Below are positions 1 to 11,240 of a DNA stretch of 64,000 nucleotides, piece by piece. Origin of the DNA: Octopus sinensis. Its lineage: Eukaryota. The notes below the pieces were generated by a model. The model made no database searches and was not told the origin of the DNA. It was given only the letters and a program-made list of their open reading frames with translations. A program made the position numbers and the translations under genes. The stretch is from NCBI RefSeq assembly GCF_006345805.1, contig NC_042997.1, positions 148,552,001 through 148,616,000 on the forward strand. The letters run 5' to 3'. Positions within the stretch are counted from its first letter, which is position 1, and every line of letters starts with the position of its first letter.

Positions 1-222
1 GAATTGGTATTTCAATTAAATTTAATTAAAGACTTGGAAAAATTGAAAGGACAACGAAGATAATAAGTCAATTAATTTTCTTTTCAAAGGGTATTAACAA
101 AATATAAATCACTTCTCCTGTCAGCTGAGCTGTATTCATACGTATAGATATACGTACATATAAATGTATACGTTTATATACACACACACGCACACACACA
201 CACACACGTATGAGAGTGTGTC

Positions 223-264
<42 letters not shown>

Positions 265-266
<2 letters not shown>

Positions 267-659
267 CTTTTATTCTTTTACTTGTTTCAGTCCTTTCACT
301 GCGGCCATGCTGGAACACCAACTTTAGTCGAGCAAATCGACCCCAGGACTTATTTTTTATAAGCCTAGCACATATTCTATCGACCTCTTTTGTCGAACCG
401 CTAAGTTTAGGGGACGTAAACGCAACAGCATCGGCTATCAAAACACAGATACATGCACACACACACGCACATACACACACAAGTACACACACACACATAT
501 ACGACGGGCTTATTTCAGTTTCTGTCTACCAATTCCACTCACAAGGCTTTGACTTGAGGTTATAGTAGAAGACACTTACCGACGGTGCCACGCAGTGGGT
601 CTGAACCCGGGACCATGTGGCTGGTAAGCAAGCAAGCTACTTACTACACAGCCATTCCT

Positions 660-663
<4 letters not shown>
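265..663 (-). mobile_element. tRNA-derived SINE, family A (octopus-type), near full length
   Basis: The reverse complement has a Pol III-like head (GGAATGGCTGTGTAGTAAG ... GGTTCAGACCCAC), the body CCTTGTGAGTGGAATTGGTAGAC, an internal (CA/TG)n and the tail GCATGGCCGCAGT...GAAACAAGTAAAAGAATAAAAG. The same modules occur at 16013, 32381, 12655 and 48450. Confidence 0.85.
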
Positions 664-692
<29 letters not shown>

Positions 693-694
<2 letters not shown>

Positions 695-1130
695 TACCTT
701 TCCTTAATCCCTTCAGCCACACCACGTCCACCACACGACTTGTTTTGTCATAGTCACTAGACAGAGGAACATAGCGTGCACTGCCTTGTTAAAGGTGGAT
801 GGTGTGTCTGCCTCCAGCTAGGACTCTCCCGATAGCGGATTCATCCCAAGCAAGGATAGCTAGTGTTTCCACAAGCTAGCAATGCTCAGACATTGCACGA
901 TGCGTGCATAACCATTTCCTCGTTCTGCACCTGACACGCCTGTAGAGTTTACCTTGAACCAGCAATACTCCGTGGTAACACTGTCAGGCTAGAGATTTCT
1001 GGAAATTACTCATGGCACATCTGGGCCCGCACGTTCTCCGAAACAGACCAGCCAGTTCATCCTGGTTGGTACCCAGACTTTTCCCGAAAATGCCATCGCT
1101 GTTATCCACCACTAGATTTCAATATAACGT
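693..1130 (-). pseudogene. Degenerate C-terminal part of a Tx1/L1-like LINE ORF2 (zinc-finger region after RT)
   Basis: Manual minus-strand translation across stops and frameshifts gives SNFQKSLA*QCYHGVLLVQGKLYR ... EMVMHA(I)VQCLSIASLW ... AMFLCLVTMTKQVVWW, matching the typical L1/Tx1 ORF2 C-terminal pattern. It ends abruptly at an (AT)n. Confidence 0.65.
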
Positions 1131-1561
1131 ACATTTCCACCGACCTCATTGTTCGACTGTTAGTGTCGTAAGCGCCTGACGACTTTCAAGATACTAGAAC
1201 CAATGCGAGATCAACAACTGACATGCACTTCTTCAACAATAGCACAATTTATTGATTACATCAAAATTGAATTTCGGTTTCACAAATGCACCACGTCCAA
1301 ATTTTCAAGGGAGAGCTATCGAACGCACGTAGCATTATCCTAGACAGAAATACCGAAATAGAAGAATATGAACCGAGGATGTTATAAGCATTTAACTGTT
1401 TGAAGAGCAAGTGGAATTAAGGAGCCACTAATTAGAGAATGGTTAATAAAAGAATAGAAACCTTATTATTTCTAAATCTCTCAACGAGAGAGATACAGTG
1501 ACAGTACTTTAAAGTAAAGATTATTTGACCACATAATGTGGCAATACCGGTTGGTATGAAT

Positions 1562-1787
1562 GTAACTGTTGTTTTAGTCCCAGGAAACATCCTCTCCAGC
1601 TGGCTATATATTTTTGTCTCCAGCAATCCACGTCATATACAGCTGTCCTTATATTTTCGTACAGGGGAGTTTAGCACCACCACTCTGAGTGGAGGTGGTA
1701 GCTCCCCTGTTCGAAAATATAAGGACATAGATGTGTGTCCTATAGCCAGCTGGAGGCGATGTTTCCTGGGGCTAAAATGTCAGTAAC
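1562..1787. mobile_element. Foldback MITE, almost entirely palindromic
   Basis: Arm TTTTAGTCCCAGGAAACATCCTCTCCAGCTGGCTATA pairs with TATAGCCAGCTGGAGGCGATGTTTCCTGGGGCTAAAA. Inner arm CCTTATATTTTCGTACAGGGGAG pairs with CTCCCCTGTTCGAAAATATAAGG. The core is ACCACCACTC-T-GAGTGGAGGTGGT. Confidence 0.85.
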
Positions 1788-2379
1788 CTTCATCCCAACC
1801 GGGACTGCTACATTAAGTTTGCAAATAATCTTAATTTTAATAAAAGAATGATGTTTTGAAAACCGAGTTAAGTGACTTGAGGTCATAAACACGTTACCCT
1901 TGCCTGTAAACAAATATAACTTGAGTGTTATTCACTTGCCTAACTCCGAGATCAACAATGTTGACATCAACATCCGAAACCTGGCAAACGCTAGTTTCAA
2001 AGTGGAAACTATGGGCTATATTGGAAAACACTGTTAAGGATCAGTGCCTTCCAAGTAGGAACTAACAGTGTCATCTTTTGAAGTATGAAAGCAATTCATC
2101 GAATGGGAATGCGGTAACGATCCTGAGACAATCGACTAAAACTGGCCCTAACAGAGTACTTTCAACGACGTATCAGGGCAGCTCAGTACATTTACACTGT
2201 CATAAGCTGCGCATACAACCTCCCTCACAGAAACAATTGATGGGAACAGAAACCGCTCCATGTTGCTCAGAAAGATAATTTTAACATGCTTTATAATTTC
2301 AGTGTAGTGACTGATCAAGTAATTCAGGTTAACCTGTCAAATATCTTTGTGAAGAACCATATTGAAAGACATGCTTGTT

Positions 2380-2640
2380 GATTGACCTTTCGCCTCAGAT
2401 GACAAAAACACATCTGGTTAACATTTGAGAAATTGTGTAAAGATAAGGTCTTGGAGACAGCAATCAGGAGATTGTGACATCTCAAAGTAACATTAACTAT
2501 TTTGATGCGTGCGCTTCAAATATTGTCAAAAGAAGGAAATAAATATGTAGCACAAATACCTGGCAGCTCCAAAATAAGTGAGTTGCAAAGGATCATACTT
2601 ACTGGTACCTCTTATATTATATGTAAGTTCCTTTTCACTT
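2380..2640 (+). pseudogene. 3' fragment of an R4/Dong-like (RLE) non-LTR retrotransposon ORF
   Basis: Translation IPGSSKISELQRIILTGTSYIICKFL resembles the C-terminus of the larger copies (EIQKIVLMGTVHILRKIL at about 23250-23330). Confidence 0.5.
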
Positions 2641-2954
2641 ATGTATCAACTTCTCCAGTTTTACAATAAAAGTTATATACTTATTTCTGTAATAGTGACA
2701 ATTTTTTTTTCTCAAATGTATGTCACATCATCTCCTAACTTCTTCGTCTCTTAGCGTCTTCCACTTCTGGAATCTTCGATTCCTAGCATGTTGAGATGCA
2801 AGACATTACTGTCCCTTGACATTTCTGGTTCAGATTTGGCTGTAGGTTGTATAAATTAAAGCAAATGCAGATCATAATGCCGCAAATAATGGAATTATCA
2901 TTTCTTCATATTTAATATATAAATATTCAAATCAAATGATACACCCGAAGATAT

Positions 2955-3048
<94 letters not shown>

Positions 3049-3226
3049 GGTAACAATAAATATGGAACCGATACTTCTATAAATTCTGACTATACTTTCC
3101 TTTCTTATTATTAATATATACTCTGTACACTATCGAGAACATTTCATCAGCCGTTCCTCCAACTCACTCTTCCTCCTAATATCCCACCCTTGCTATCTTT
3201 ATCTATCCATCAATCTATCTCTCTCC

Positions 3227-3287
<61 letters not shown>

Positions 3288-3713
3288 GTATCAAAAAATC
3301 ACCTTAGTGAATATTTATGATTTATCCTTCCTGGTATATACAAAGAAGTATTACGTGCTTTGTGTTGCGATATATACATGCCAGTTGCAATAGACTGAAA
3401 AATATATACATAAATACATTATCTTTTCTATGTAAAAATATTTTAATCTTTATGAGAAGTCAATACAATATGCCCCTTTCGTTTATGTGTTAGGCAGGCA
3501 TAAAATGACATATGTGAGATTTTAGTAGCTGGAAGTATATAAAAAGGAAGAGAATACAAATATATTTTTCACCGTTGCATTCAAATAGATGTATACATTT
3601 GATAAGTCTAAATAAAACCAGTCAACATGTTGATGTTTCATCCATTTATATTTACCTGTACGTACTGATATCTGTTTTTATTTACATATCTTTGTGCATA
3701 TTTAGATTTGAAT

Positions 3714-3755
<42 letters not shown>

Positions 3756-3756
3756 T

Positions 3757-3787
<31 letters not shown>

Positions 3788-4319
3788 CACACACATATAC
3801 CTGCGTTCGTATATTTGTTCTATTTGTGTTATTTGCTGAAAATACAGTTATATATCCATTTTTACATTGTTTATAAATACTCGTGTTACTTATAAGTAGA
3901 GGAAAATGGAAAAGTTTGGTTAATTTCTTTAATATCGCTCTGTATCAGTGCAAGGAAGTTTAGACACGTTCGCGAAAGCAGCATTCTATTGAATTATTAT
4001 TATTATTTTCATATATTTTCATATACACCACAGATTAAACTGTTGGAAGAGAAAAATTACTAACATCAAGCTACAACACGTAACATTAGATACGAAGAAC
4101 CCTCCTAAGTATCCTAGCTGTCCCTAATAATATTGTTTTCTTGAGCTGTACTATACTGAGTTTTATGCTTATTGCCTCTATTCATCTGCTCAGGTCTTTA
4201 GAAATAGTTCCCAATACACCTATAAATACCGAGGATACATTTTACCCGCATTTTCCAAACTCTCAGTAATACAATAGCTACGTCCTGGTACTTTGCTATT
4301 TTTTGCTATACGTACTTGG

Positions 4320-5380
4320 GGATTTTGGAAATGGATAAATTGATGGAAAAAGAAATGATAGAATATTTTAGGTGGAGTACTTGCGCAGATTGAGATTGAT
4401 ACTTAAGTCGAAATTAAACGGACAGAATAAGATTGAAGCTATGAAAACCTGGGCGGTTTCACTCCTTTGGTATGGAGCACGGGCAGTCCCATGAATAGTA
4501 GACGAACTAAACCGCTTAGACAGAAAGACAAGGAAGTTACTAACTAGATATGGGACACTCTACCCAAATTTAACGCAGAAAGACTGTATGTACCAAGAAA
4601 AATAGGGGGAATATGACTTATTAGATGTGAACACAGCATTAGAGCAGAAGAAAACAACACAGCATAGTATGTAAAAGTGCTACAGAATCGCTATTATTAG
4701 AAGTAAGAAGTTCAGGCTTGTGTAGGATGAACGATTGCAAAGATAAAGCACTGTACAAGAATTTGAAAACGATTGCAACTGAAAATAAATGGGTAAAGAA
4801 AAGAATGCTTGGACAATCTCACAAGTATGTTGATAATAAGACAGACAGAGTAAAAATATGACTAAAAGGGATTTAAAACCGGAAACGGAGGCCATGATTT
4901 TTGCTGCCCAAGATCAAGCACTAAAAACAAACTACATAAAATACAGAGTAGGCAACACATCAGAAAGTGATAAGTGCAGAATTTGTGGGCAAAATCGTGA
5001 AACCATATGGTATATTACCAGCCAACGTTCGCCACTAGCCCACAAGGAATATAAGACACGCCACGACAATATAGCAAGGCTGGTCAATTGAACACTTTGC
5101 AAAAAGTATGGATTTGACTGAGAAAAGTTTGGTACGACCAGAAACCCGAAGGCATCATCGAAAATGATATGCAAAGATCCTGTGGGATTTTGTATTTCAG
5201 TGTGACCATGAGATAGACAATAGGAAACCAGACATAGTCTTATTCGGGAAAGAATCCAAACTATGATAAATCATATATATAGCATGCCCATCTTACAACA
5301 GGTCATGCGACAAGGAAGAAAGAAATTTCGAATAGGTATGACAAGGTAGCTTGGTACATAAAGCAGTTGTGGTTGATGAA
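4320..5380 (+). mobile_element. Degenerate R4/Dong-like non-LTR retrotransposon, 3' half
   Basis: EYLRRLRLILKSKLNGQNKIEAMKTWAVSLL; ORF 4858-5091 LKPETEAMIFAAQDQAL...CRICGQNRETIWYITS...EYKTRHDNIA (CCHC-type finger); DNRKPDIVL (PD-(D/E)xK restriction-like endonuclease) near 5215-5245. Many stops. Confidence 0.85.
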
Positions 5381-5381
5381 A

Positions 5382-5500
5382 ACTTATCACTTTCTGACGT
5401 GTTGCCTACTCTGTATTCTATTTAACCTGTCCTTAGTGCTTGCTCTTGGGCCGAAAACTTAGGGCCTCCGTTTCCGGTTTTAAGTCACATTTAGTAGTGG
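5382..5500 (-). repeat. Inverted fragment of the same R4/Dong-like family
   Basis: The reverse complement ACTAAATGTGACTTAAAACCGGAAACGGAGGCC...AATACAGAGTAGGCAACACGTCAGAAAGTGATAAG aligns with 4860-4975. Confidence 0.85.
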
Positions 5501-5539
5501 TATTCATAATTATCGGAGCCCGGGAAGAGTGAGAAAAAA

Positions 5540-6077
5540 CCTCTGATGGCTTCTGATCTTAACTGATTGGAAGTGTTATCATGTACACTGTTTTGTCTTT
5601 GTATAAAAGATGGGCTACAGCAAATATTATCAATACCACACATTTACTTGTCAGTTGTTTGACCTTAACAACTTGACCATCTCTTTTAGTGGCTGACAAT
5701 ATATGTTTCTCTGAACACAAGGAGAAGTAGTGGGGGAGCATCATAGCCATGTGTTGAAAGGAATTCTTGAAGGTTTGAATGATTCACATTTCGAAACATG
5801 GGTGGTTCGTTCAACATCATTAAACGATCCTTATTCAGGGACCTTTTGAGCGAAATGGGCTACTCAACTAGAAGAAAATACTAACTGGGCACCACCAGCA
5901 AGTTTATGTGCTGTTTATCTTGATATGAGATAATCATATCGCACATATTTGGTTGAAATGCATGTGCCTGGTGTAACCTTATCGGACGGTTAGTCATGAT
6001 GGGTATACTGGGCTTCGTGTATTTTACCCCAGTGTCACTTTGATGGCATGCACTGCTCTCTCCTCAATAATAATAAC

Positions 6078-6144
<67 letters not shown>

Positions 6145-6145
6145 G
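5540..6145 (+). mobile_element. Abundant octopus-type retroposon 3' region ending in an (AAT)n tail
   Basis: Ends in ...TACTGGGCTTCGTGTATTTTACCCCAGTGTCACTTTGATGGCATGCACTGCTCTCTC followed by (AAT)n. The same terminus recurs at 60480-60545. Family not resolved. Confidence 0.65.
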
Positions 6146-6644
6146 CAATCATATGACGACGATGTCTATGAAAATAAGGACGAGAACAACGACGAAGAAA
6201 GCGAGGAAGTCGTAGATGATTATGATGACTACTGAAATTGACGATTGTGATGGTAATAGTAATTTTGATAAACCACAAGCATGACACGCACTAAATTAGT
6301 AAGGAAGGAAAAGATGCATTTCATGTAAGCAATAAATAATCGTGTTGCATTTTAGTGACATATTGATTTCATTTAGTATTACTTGACAAAGACATGGTTA
6401 GTAGGTGCTAAGACCGTTATTTTGTATTTCCCTAATGATTTACGAATTTTTATTACCGGGTCAGCTTAATCAAAAGAGAAAGTATAAAGTGAACACAAAA
6501 GTGAGTATACACACCCTGGCTAATTACATCCAGTCAATCATAATGGTGCGGAAATATCAATTTAGACACATACGTGTGTGTTATTTGTGTGCGGGAATTT
6601 GTGAGTGTACGTATATACATACAAGCATATACATACATACCACC

Positions 6645-6704
<60 letters not shown>

Positions 6705-6754
6705 CATGGGTACATATATATATATATATATATGTATTATATGTATATACACAC

Positions 6755-6834
<80 letters not shown>

Positions 6835-7089
6835 GTTTATATATACACTCATATATACAAACACATTATGAATGTAGAGGTAACGAAGGTTAACTATGTC
6901 GAGTTCATTACTCACTCCCGTATAATACGTGATCTTTTATATGTATGCAAACTTCCTCGTTCACTTTCTTCGACGTAACTTTATCCCTCTTGATAAATAT
7001 ATGGGCTTACGCAGGAATGTGATATGGTTTTATGTGATCTCACTCTCTGTGTACGTATATATAATAAAAAAAAAATAAAAAAAATAAAA

Positions 7090-7123
<34 letters not shown>

Positions 7124-7699
7124 GGTAAAATTAATTAATTAATTAATAATTAATAATTTTACTAAGTAGTTCGGTATATCAAAAAAACCATTATCGGTTC
7201 TATAAATATAAGCATAATTATAATTAGGGTTCAGCAAAATTGCTTCAGCACATACCGAAATTTAGAAAATTGCAGTTAAATACTGTACCACTACCATAAG
7301 ATAGCTAGCAGATAGCAATACTACCAATTCATGAAGGCAAAGATCGTTAGTGAGACACGATGTTATCGATGTACCTGGTGAAACCCAGACTGCAAAATCG
7401 ATGCAACATAATATGTTCAACAGAGTCGCACATACAAATGACAATGGCTGGACAGTTCGAAAAGAACGTTGTACAGAATAAACGTTTAATACCAAATCCA
7501 GCTTCTCGTTACTTAATATAATTACTCTAAGTGACACTGCAGAGTTCCTGAAGTAGATCCAACACAAGTATATCACGCCTACGGATGACAACAGTTAGCC
7601 TAAACTGTGCCGGTGCTCCACTCAACATTTAAACACAGTAATCCACTTATACATATTAGTCCAAAATATTTTCTCATATACATACATACATATATATAA

Positions 7700-8460
7700 T
7701 ATTTTAAAAAAGGATTGACGCAACTCTTCACAAATTTAAACAGTCAAGACGTAGAGCGCGATTCGATTGCAAGATATTTTATTAGTTGAACGATATTTCA
7801 ACAGTACGTCTGTCTTTGTCAAGTTCAAAATAAGAAGTAATAAAAATTCAAAATTACAGAAATTTAAACGTAAAGTATGAACGAGAGCAACTAGCGTCCA
7901 CACGTTGACGGAATGACATCATTTAGGTTACAATTTTATAACAGGCGTAAAGAAAAAGATAGAAAATAAGAAAAAAAGAAGACGACAGAAAAATGGAAGA
8001 AAAACAGAGAAAGAAAAATATCTAATCAAGCAGGTTTGTATAAATTTGATGACATTCTCCTGTCATCTTGTTCATTCCTTCAGGGCGTGATGTTAATAAC
8101 TCGCAAACTTATTTCTCCTCATACATTCTGAGAAGTGAAAGCGAAGTAGATTCAGAATATTTTCTGAGAATATGCACTTTCAAGTCTTCTTCAATATTGC
8201 GGCAGTTTGAAACGAAATTTTCAGCAAGTTCTGTCGAACTACTGTTATTGTGTCTGACGTAGAATCTGTGCCCATTAAACCTTTTGTTTAATTGTTCTGT
8301 TGTGCAACCAACATAAATTAAGTTGTGTTTCGTGCATTCTGCAGCGTAATCCAAATTGGAAACTTTACATGTTCCACCTTCTGTATAAATCTTGACATTT
8401 CTGTTATGATTTCTGATGGAATTCCTTTCACTCATGTTGTTGCTCAATGAAGTAAGCCCT
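7700..8460 (-). mobile_element. 5'-truncated Penelope-like element: GIY-YIG endonuclease plus 3' region with hammerhead motif
   Basis: ORF 8109-8447 reads CKVSNLDYAAECTKHNLIYVGCTTEQLNKRFNGHR (PLE GIY-YIG signature) and continues past a stop as ...LLTSRPEGMN. A hammerhead fold lies at 7786-7828. Confidence 0.85.
7786..7828 (-). ncRNA. Minimal type-I hammerhead ribozyme motif with U3:A8 core
   Basis: Minus strand: TTGAAC [TTGACAA] A GACAG-ACGTA-CTGTT [GAAA] T-ATC GTTCAA. Perfect 6-bp stem I, 5-bp stem II, loop-less palindromic stem III (ATAT), AUC cleavage triplet. Confidence 0.7.
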
Positions 8461-8769
8461 CTTCATTACACACAAGTAGACTAACAAAAAATCAAAAATA
8501 CACAGAGCATATAAAACACACAATTAAAGAAACAATAGGGAAGATGAAGGCAGTAATTAGAATTATCGAAGAAGAAATGCATTTAATTGACAGGAAAATT
8601 TATAAAAAATTAAAAGCAGATTTTTGGGGACGAAGTAAACCCATTAGGGTTAGAAATAAGATACGATTGTCTGCCACCTGTGGTAGAATTAAAAAAATGA
8701 AGCCGCTTTCCATTTAGTAAGATAATTATTCGGATAAAAGTTGGATTAAAAATAATGCAAATGTATAGT

Positions 8770-8935
8770 TAAATTGTTACTACTCGGAAGTGGGTTTGAG
8801 TAGTAGCCATTACATCTTCATTTTTATATAATATCATTTCATTCATCCTTTTATATTTTTGTCCCCACTTCTGCTGTCTTGTCTGTCCTTGTTCGTCCAT
8901 TCTCTGTATGCTCTTTATAGACAATAAAAGATATA
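8770..8935 (+). repeat. 3' tail homologous to the tail of the 9560-11240 element
   Basis: TTTTTGTCCCCACTT...TGTCTGTCCTTGT...AATAAAAGATATA aligns with 11160-11240 (TTTTTGTCACCATT...TGTCTGTCCTTGT...AAATAGAGAATTA). Confidence 0.7.
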
Positions 8936-9150
8936 CAGACTGCGAGGTACGCTGTTCGGGCCAATTACACAGACGATGAAGTTACGTCGTCATAATGCGT
9001 TACATATTAGTGACGACAAGAATTCGTACACACACACTGAAGACATATCAGTGGTGACGGTGAGTCGAACTACACGCAGTGGAAAATAAGACACAACACA
9101 GACGGGCCGTGTAAGAAGACATCAATTACACACAGTGAAAAATTTGAATA

Positions 9151-9375
9151 AGGATTTAAGTCAGGTAACTAAGTGTTAGTAGCGATACCGGTTAACAATG
9201 TAGATCGGTACTAACTGTGGCATTCGGAAGAGAACAATAATACTATGTGGAACAAAAAATTATAATAAGTCCGTGTGAAGGATTTAAGTCAGGTCACTAT
9301 GTGTTAGTAGCTGTACCGGTAAACAATGTAGATCGGTACTAACTGTGGCATTCTGAAGAGAAAAATAATTTTGTG
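9151..9375 (+). repeat. Tandem direct repeat, 2 copies, period 128 bp
   Basis: AGGATTTAAGTCAGGT...AACAATGTAGATCGGTACTAACTGTGGCATTC(G/T)GAAGAGAA starts at 9151 and again at 9279. Confidence 0.9.
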
Positions 9376-9559
9376 TGTAAGAAAAAAATGATAATTCTGT
9401 GTGTGGGAAAGGAAAAATGAAAAAAGAAAAAATAATGATTGAAAGAAAAAAATCTCAAAGCGGGGAGGTGTTGTAGCGGACACCCTCAAGTAAGAAGTGA
9501 GCTGTAGCACTACTGATAAATAGTGGACAGACACAGCAAGCAGTGTCAGTCCGCGAGGT

Positions 9560-11240
9560 GTTTTTTGAGTTGGCAGTGTTTTGGGTTAAATTACTTGTGA
9601 TTCAGAAATAAGCCATTTGTTTGTTATACTTGTTGAAGGTCTCCCCGTCTGGGTTAACCTAGGATCTGTTAAATTTACTGAATTTCAAACTATTGTTGCT
9701 GTTTTTGCCGGTTTTTTTGGATTTGTTTTCGTCCCCAATTATGGGGAAGCTATGCATCAGGCACGATTAAAGGAGTATCTACCTGGAAGTACGAGAAATT
9801 AAGATAGAGCCCAGAAAGTGGAAGGACGACAGTCAGTTGGTAGAGAAGGAGCCAGTTTGAGGTTGACTCAACCGGAAGAATTGACTAACAATGTGGCGAA
9901 GAGGACAGTGGTGTACAGAACGCTATCCACGTCCTCTAAAAGATAGAGGTTGCCCCTATACAGGCAATAGAGTAGTGCCTCGAGAACGTAAAGAGGCTTA
10001 CCATATTTTATCGGCACAGTTGAAGTAAGGTTTGGCATCGAAGAAGATGCGATAAACCACTCCACTGTGCTGATAAGGACACAGGAATGGGTACTTCTGC
10101 CGACTTACTGTAGCAAACGCATCGCCAGAGTAAGAATTGGCAGAGTACCCACCGAGATTAAGGAAGCATGGCTGGTCGCAGCAATCATGCACAGAATGAA
10201 GGATGAAGTAAAACTCTTTAAGATCACGAGAACCAAAAGGGTTAATTGATGGGGGTTTGTCCTCGAGATGGCCATACAGGTGAGCCTAAAATACTTGTAC
10301 GAGATCACAGAGATCAGACTGAGAGTAGTGGTAGAGCGAAGACCACTAGCATGTTTCTTATGTGGTCAAAAGGGGCATATGAATGCGAGGTGCCCCCAGA
10401 AAGAAAACAAATGGGAGGATCAAAGAGTGAAGAACAGAGTACTGAAGTGGTGGTGCCAGAAGGAGAGAAAGATAGAGTGGAGAAATCCTTCACTGTCGTG
10501 AATAGGAGGAAAAGGAAAGAGCGTGTGAGCTCTCCACCAGAAAGCCAGAGAAGGATGAAGGAGATTGAGATGGAGGAGACGAGGAACAGGTTCGAGGCTC
10601 CAACACAATCAACAATGGAAGGTAGAGTGGAAAGAGAATCATCATTGCAACACGAGAACAGCCCAGGTCCGTCGCTGAAGCAAACGGTTGTAAAAAAGAG
10701 AAAAAAAAACAAATGGCATGTGGTTACATACGCCAAAAGTACGGCAATCGAGTGGAAGATCGCGAAGTTTAAATCGATCGTAAGAGTGAGGTTGCCTCCG
10801 GAGAAATACACAGAACACACCAAGGGAATAAATATTGACAAAGAGAGATAAGAGAAACTGAAAGAACTATTCGGAAGTTATATAGACACAGTAGGCGTCG
10901 AGACTGAATTCGACGAATTACCATCGGGGAGGTGGGGTGGAGTATGAAGATTTGAAACCCTTAATGAACTGTTAAAAAGAGTAAAGTAATTTCTTTTAAA
11001 AAAGAGAAACATTAGACATTCAAATTGTGTTAGAAAAATTTGTTAATTTGTATGATTTAACTGTTAAGTAGTACTGTTTGAGAGTGGGGCTCAATACAAC
11101 TATTTCATCATCATTAGTTTTATTATTTTTATACATCTTTCATTTTTCATTCGTTTTATGTTTTTGTCACCATTGTGGTGTTCTGTCTGTCCTTGTGCTA
11201 CCCCCTCTATGTTATGGCCTAGGTGCCAAATAGAGAATTA
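9560..11240 (+). mobile_element. Non-autonomous Tx1/L1-like retroelement carrying only a gag-like ORF1, flanked by a 13-bp TSD
   Basis: Flanks are CAGTCCGCGAGGT (9547-9559) and CAGTCAGCGAGGT (11241-11253). The interior has a 5' UTR, a broken ORF1 with a CCHC knuckle and a T-rich 3' UTR. No APE or RT motifs were seen. Confidence 0.65.
9800..10950 (+). pseudogene. Disrupted gag-like ORF1 (CX2CX4HX4C zinc knuckle, then charged low-complexity tail)
   Basis: In-frame pieces 10067-10249 and 10268-10501 are separated by one TGA: ...RIARVRIGRVPTEIKEAWLVAAI...LRVVVERRPLACFLCGQKGHMNARCP (knuckle at 10352-10393). A frameshift leads to the E/K/R-rich region in ORF 10246-10851. Confidence 0.75.

Noticed and set aside
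9151-9375. CRISPR-like or regularly spaced repeats
   Set aside because: Only two long copies, no unique spacers, eukaryotic context.
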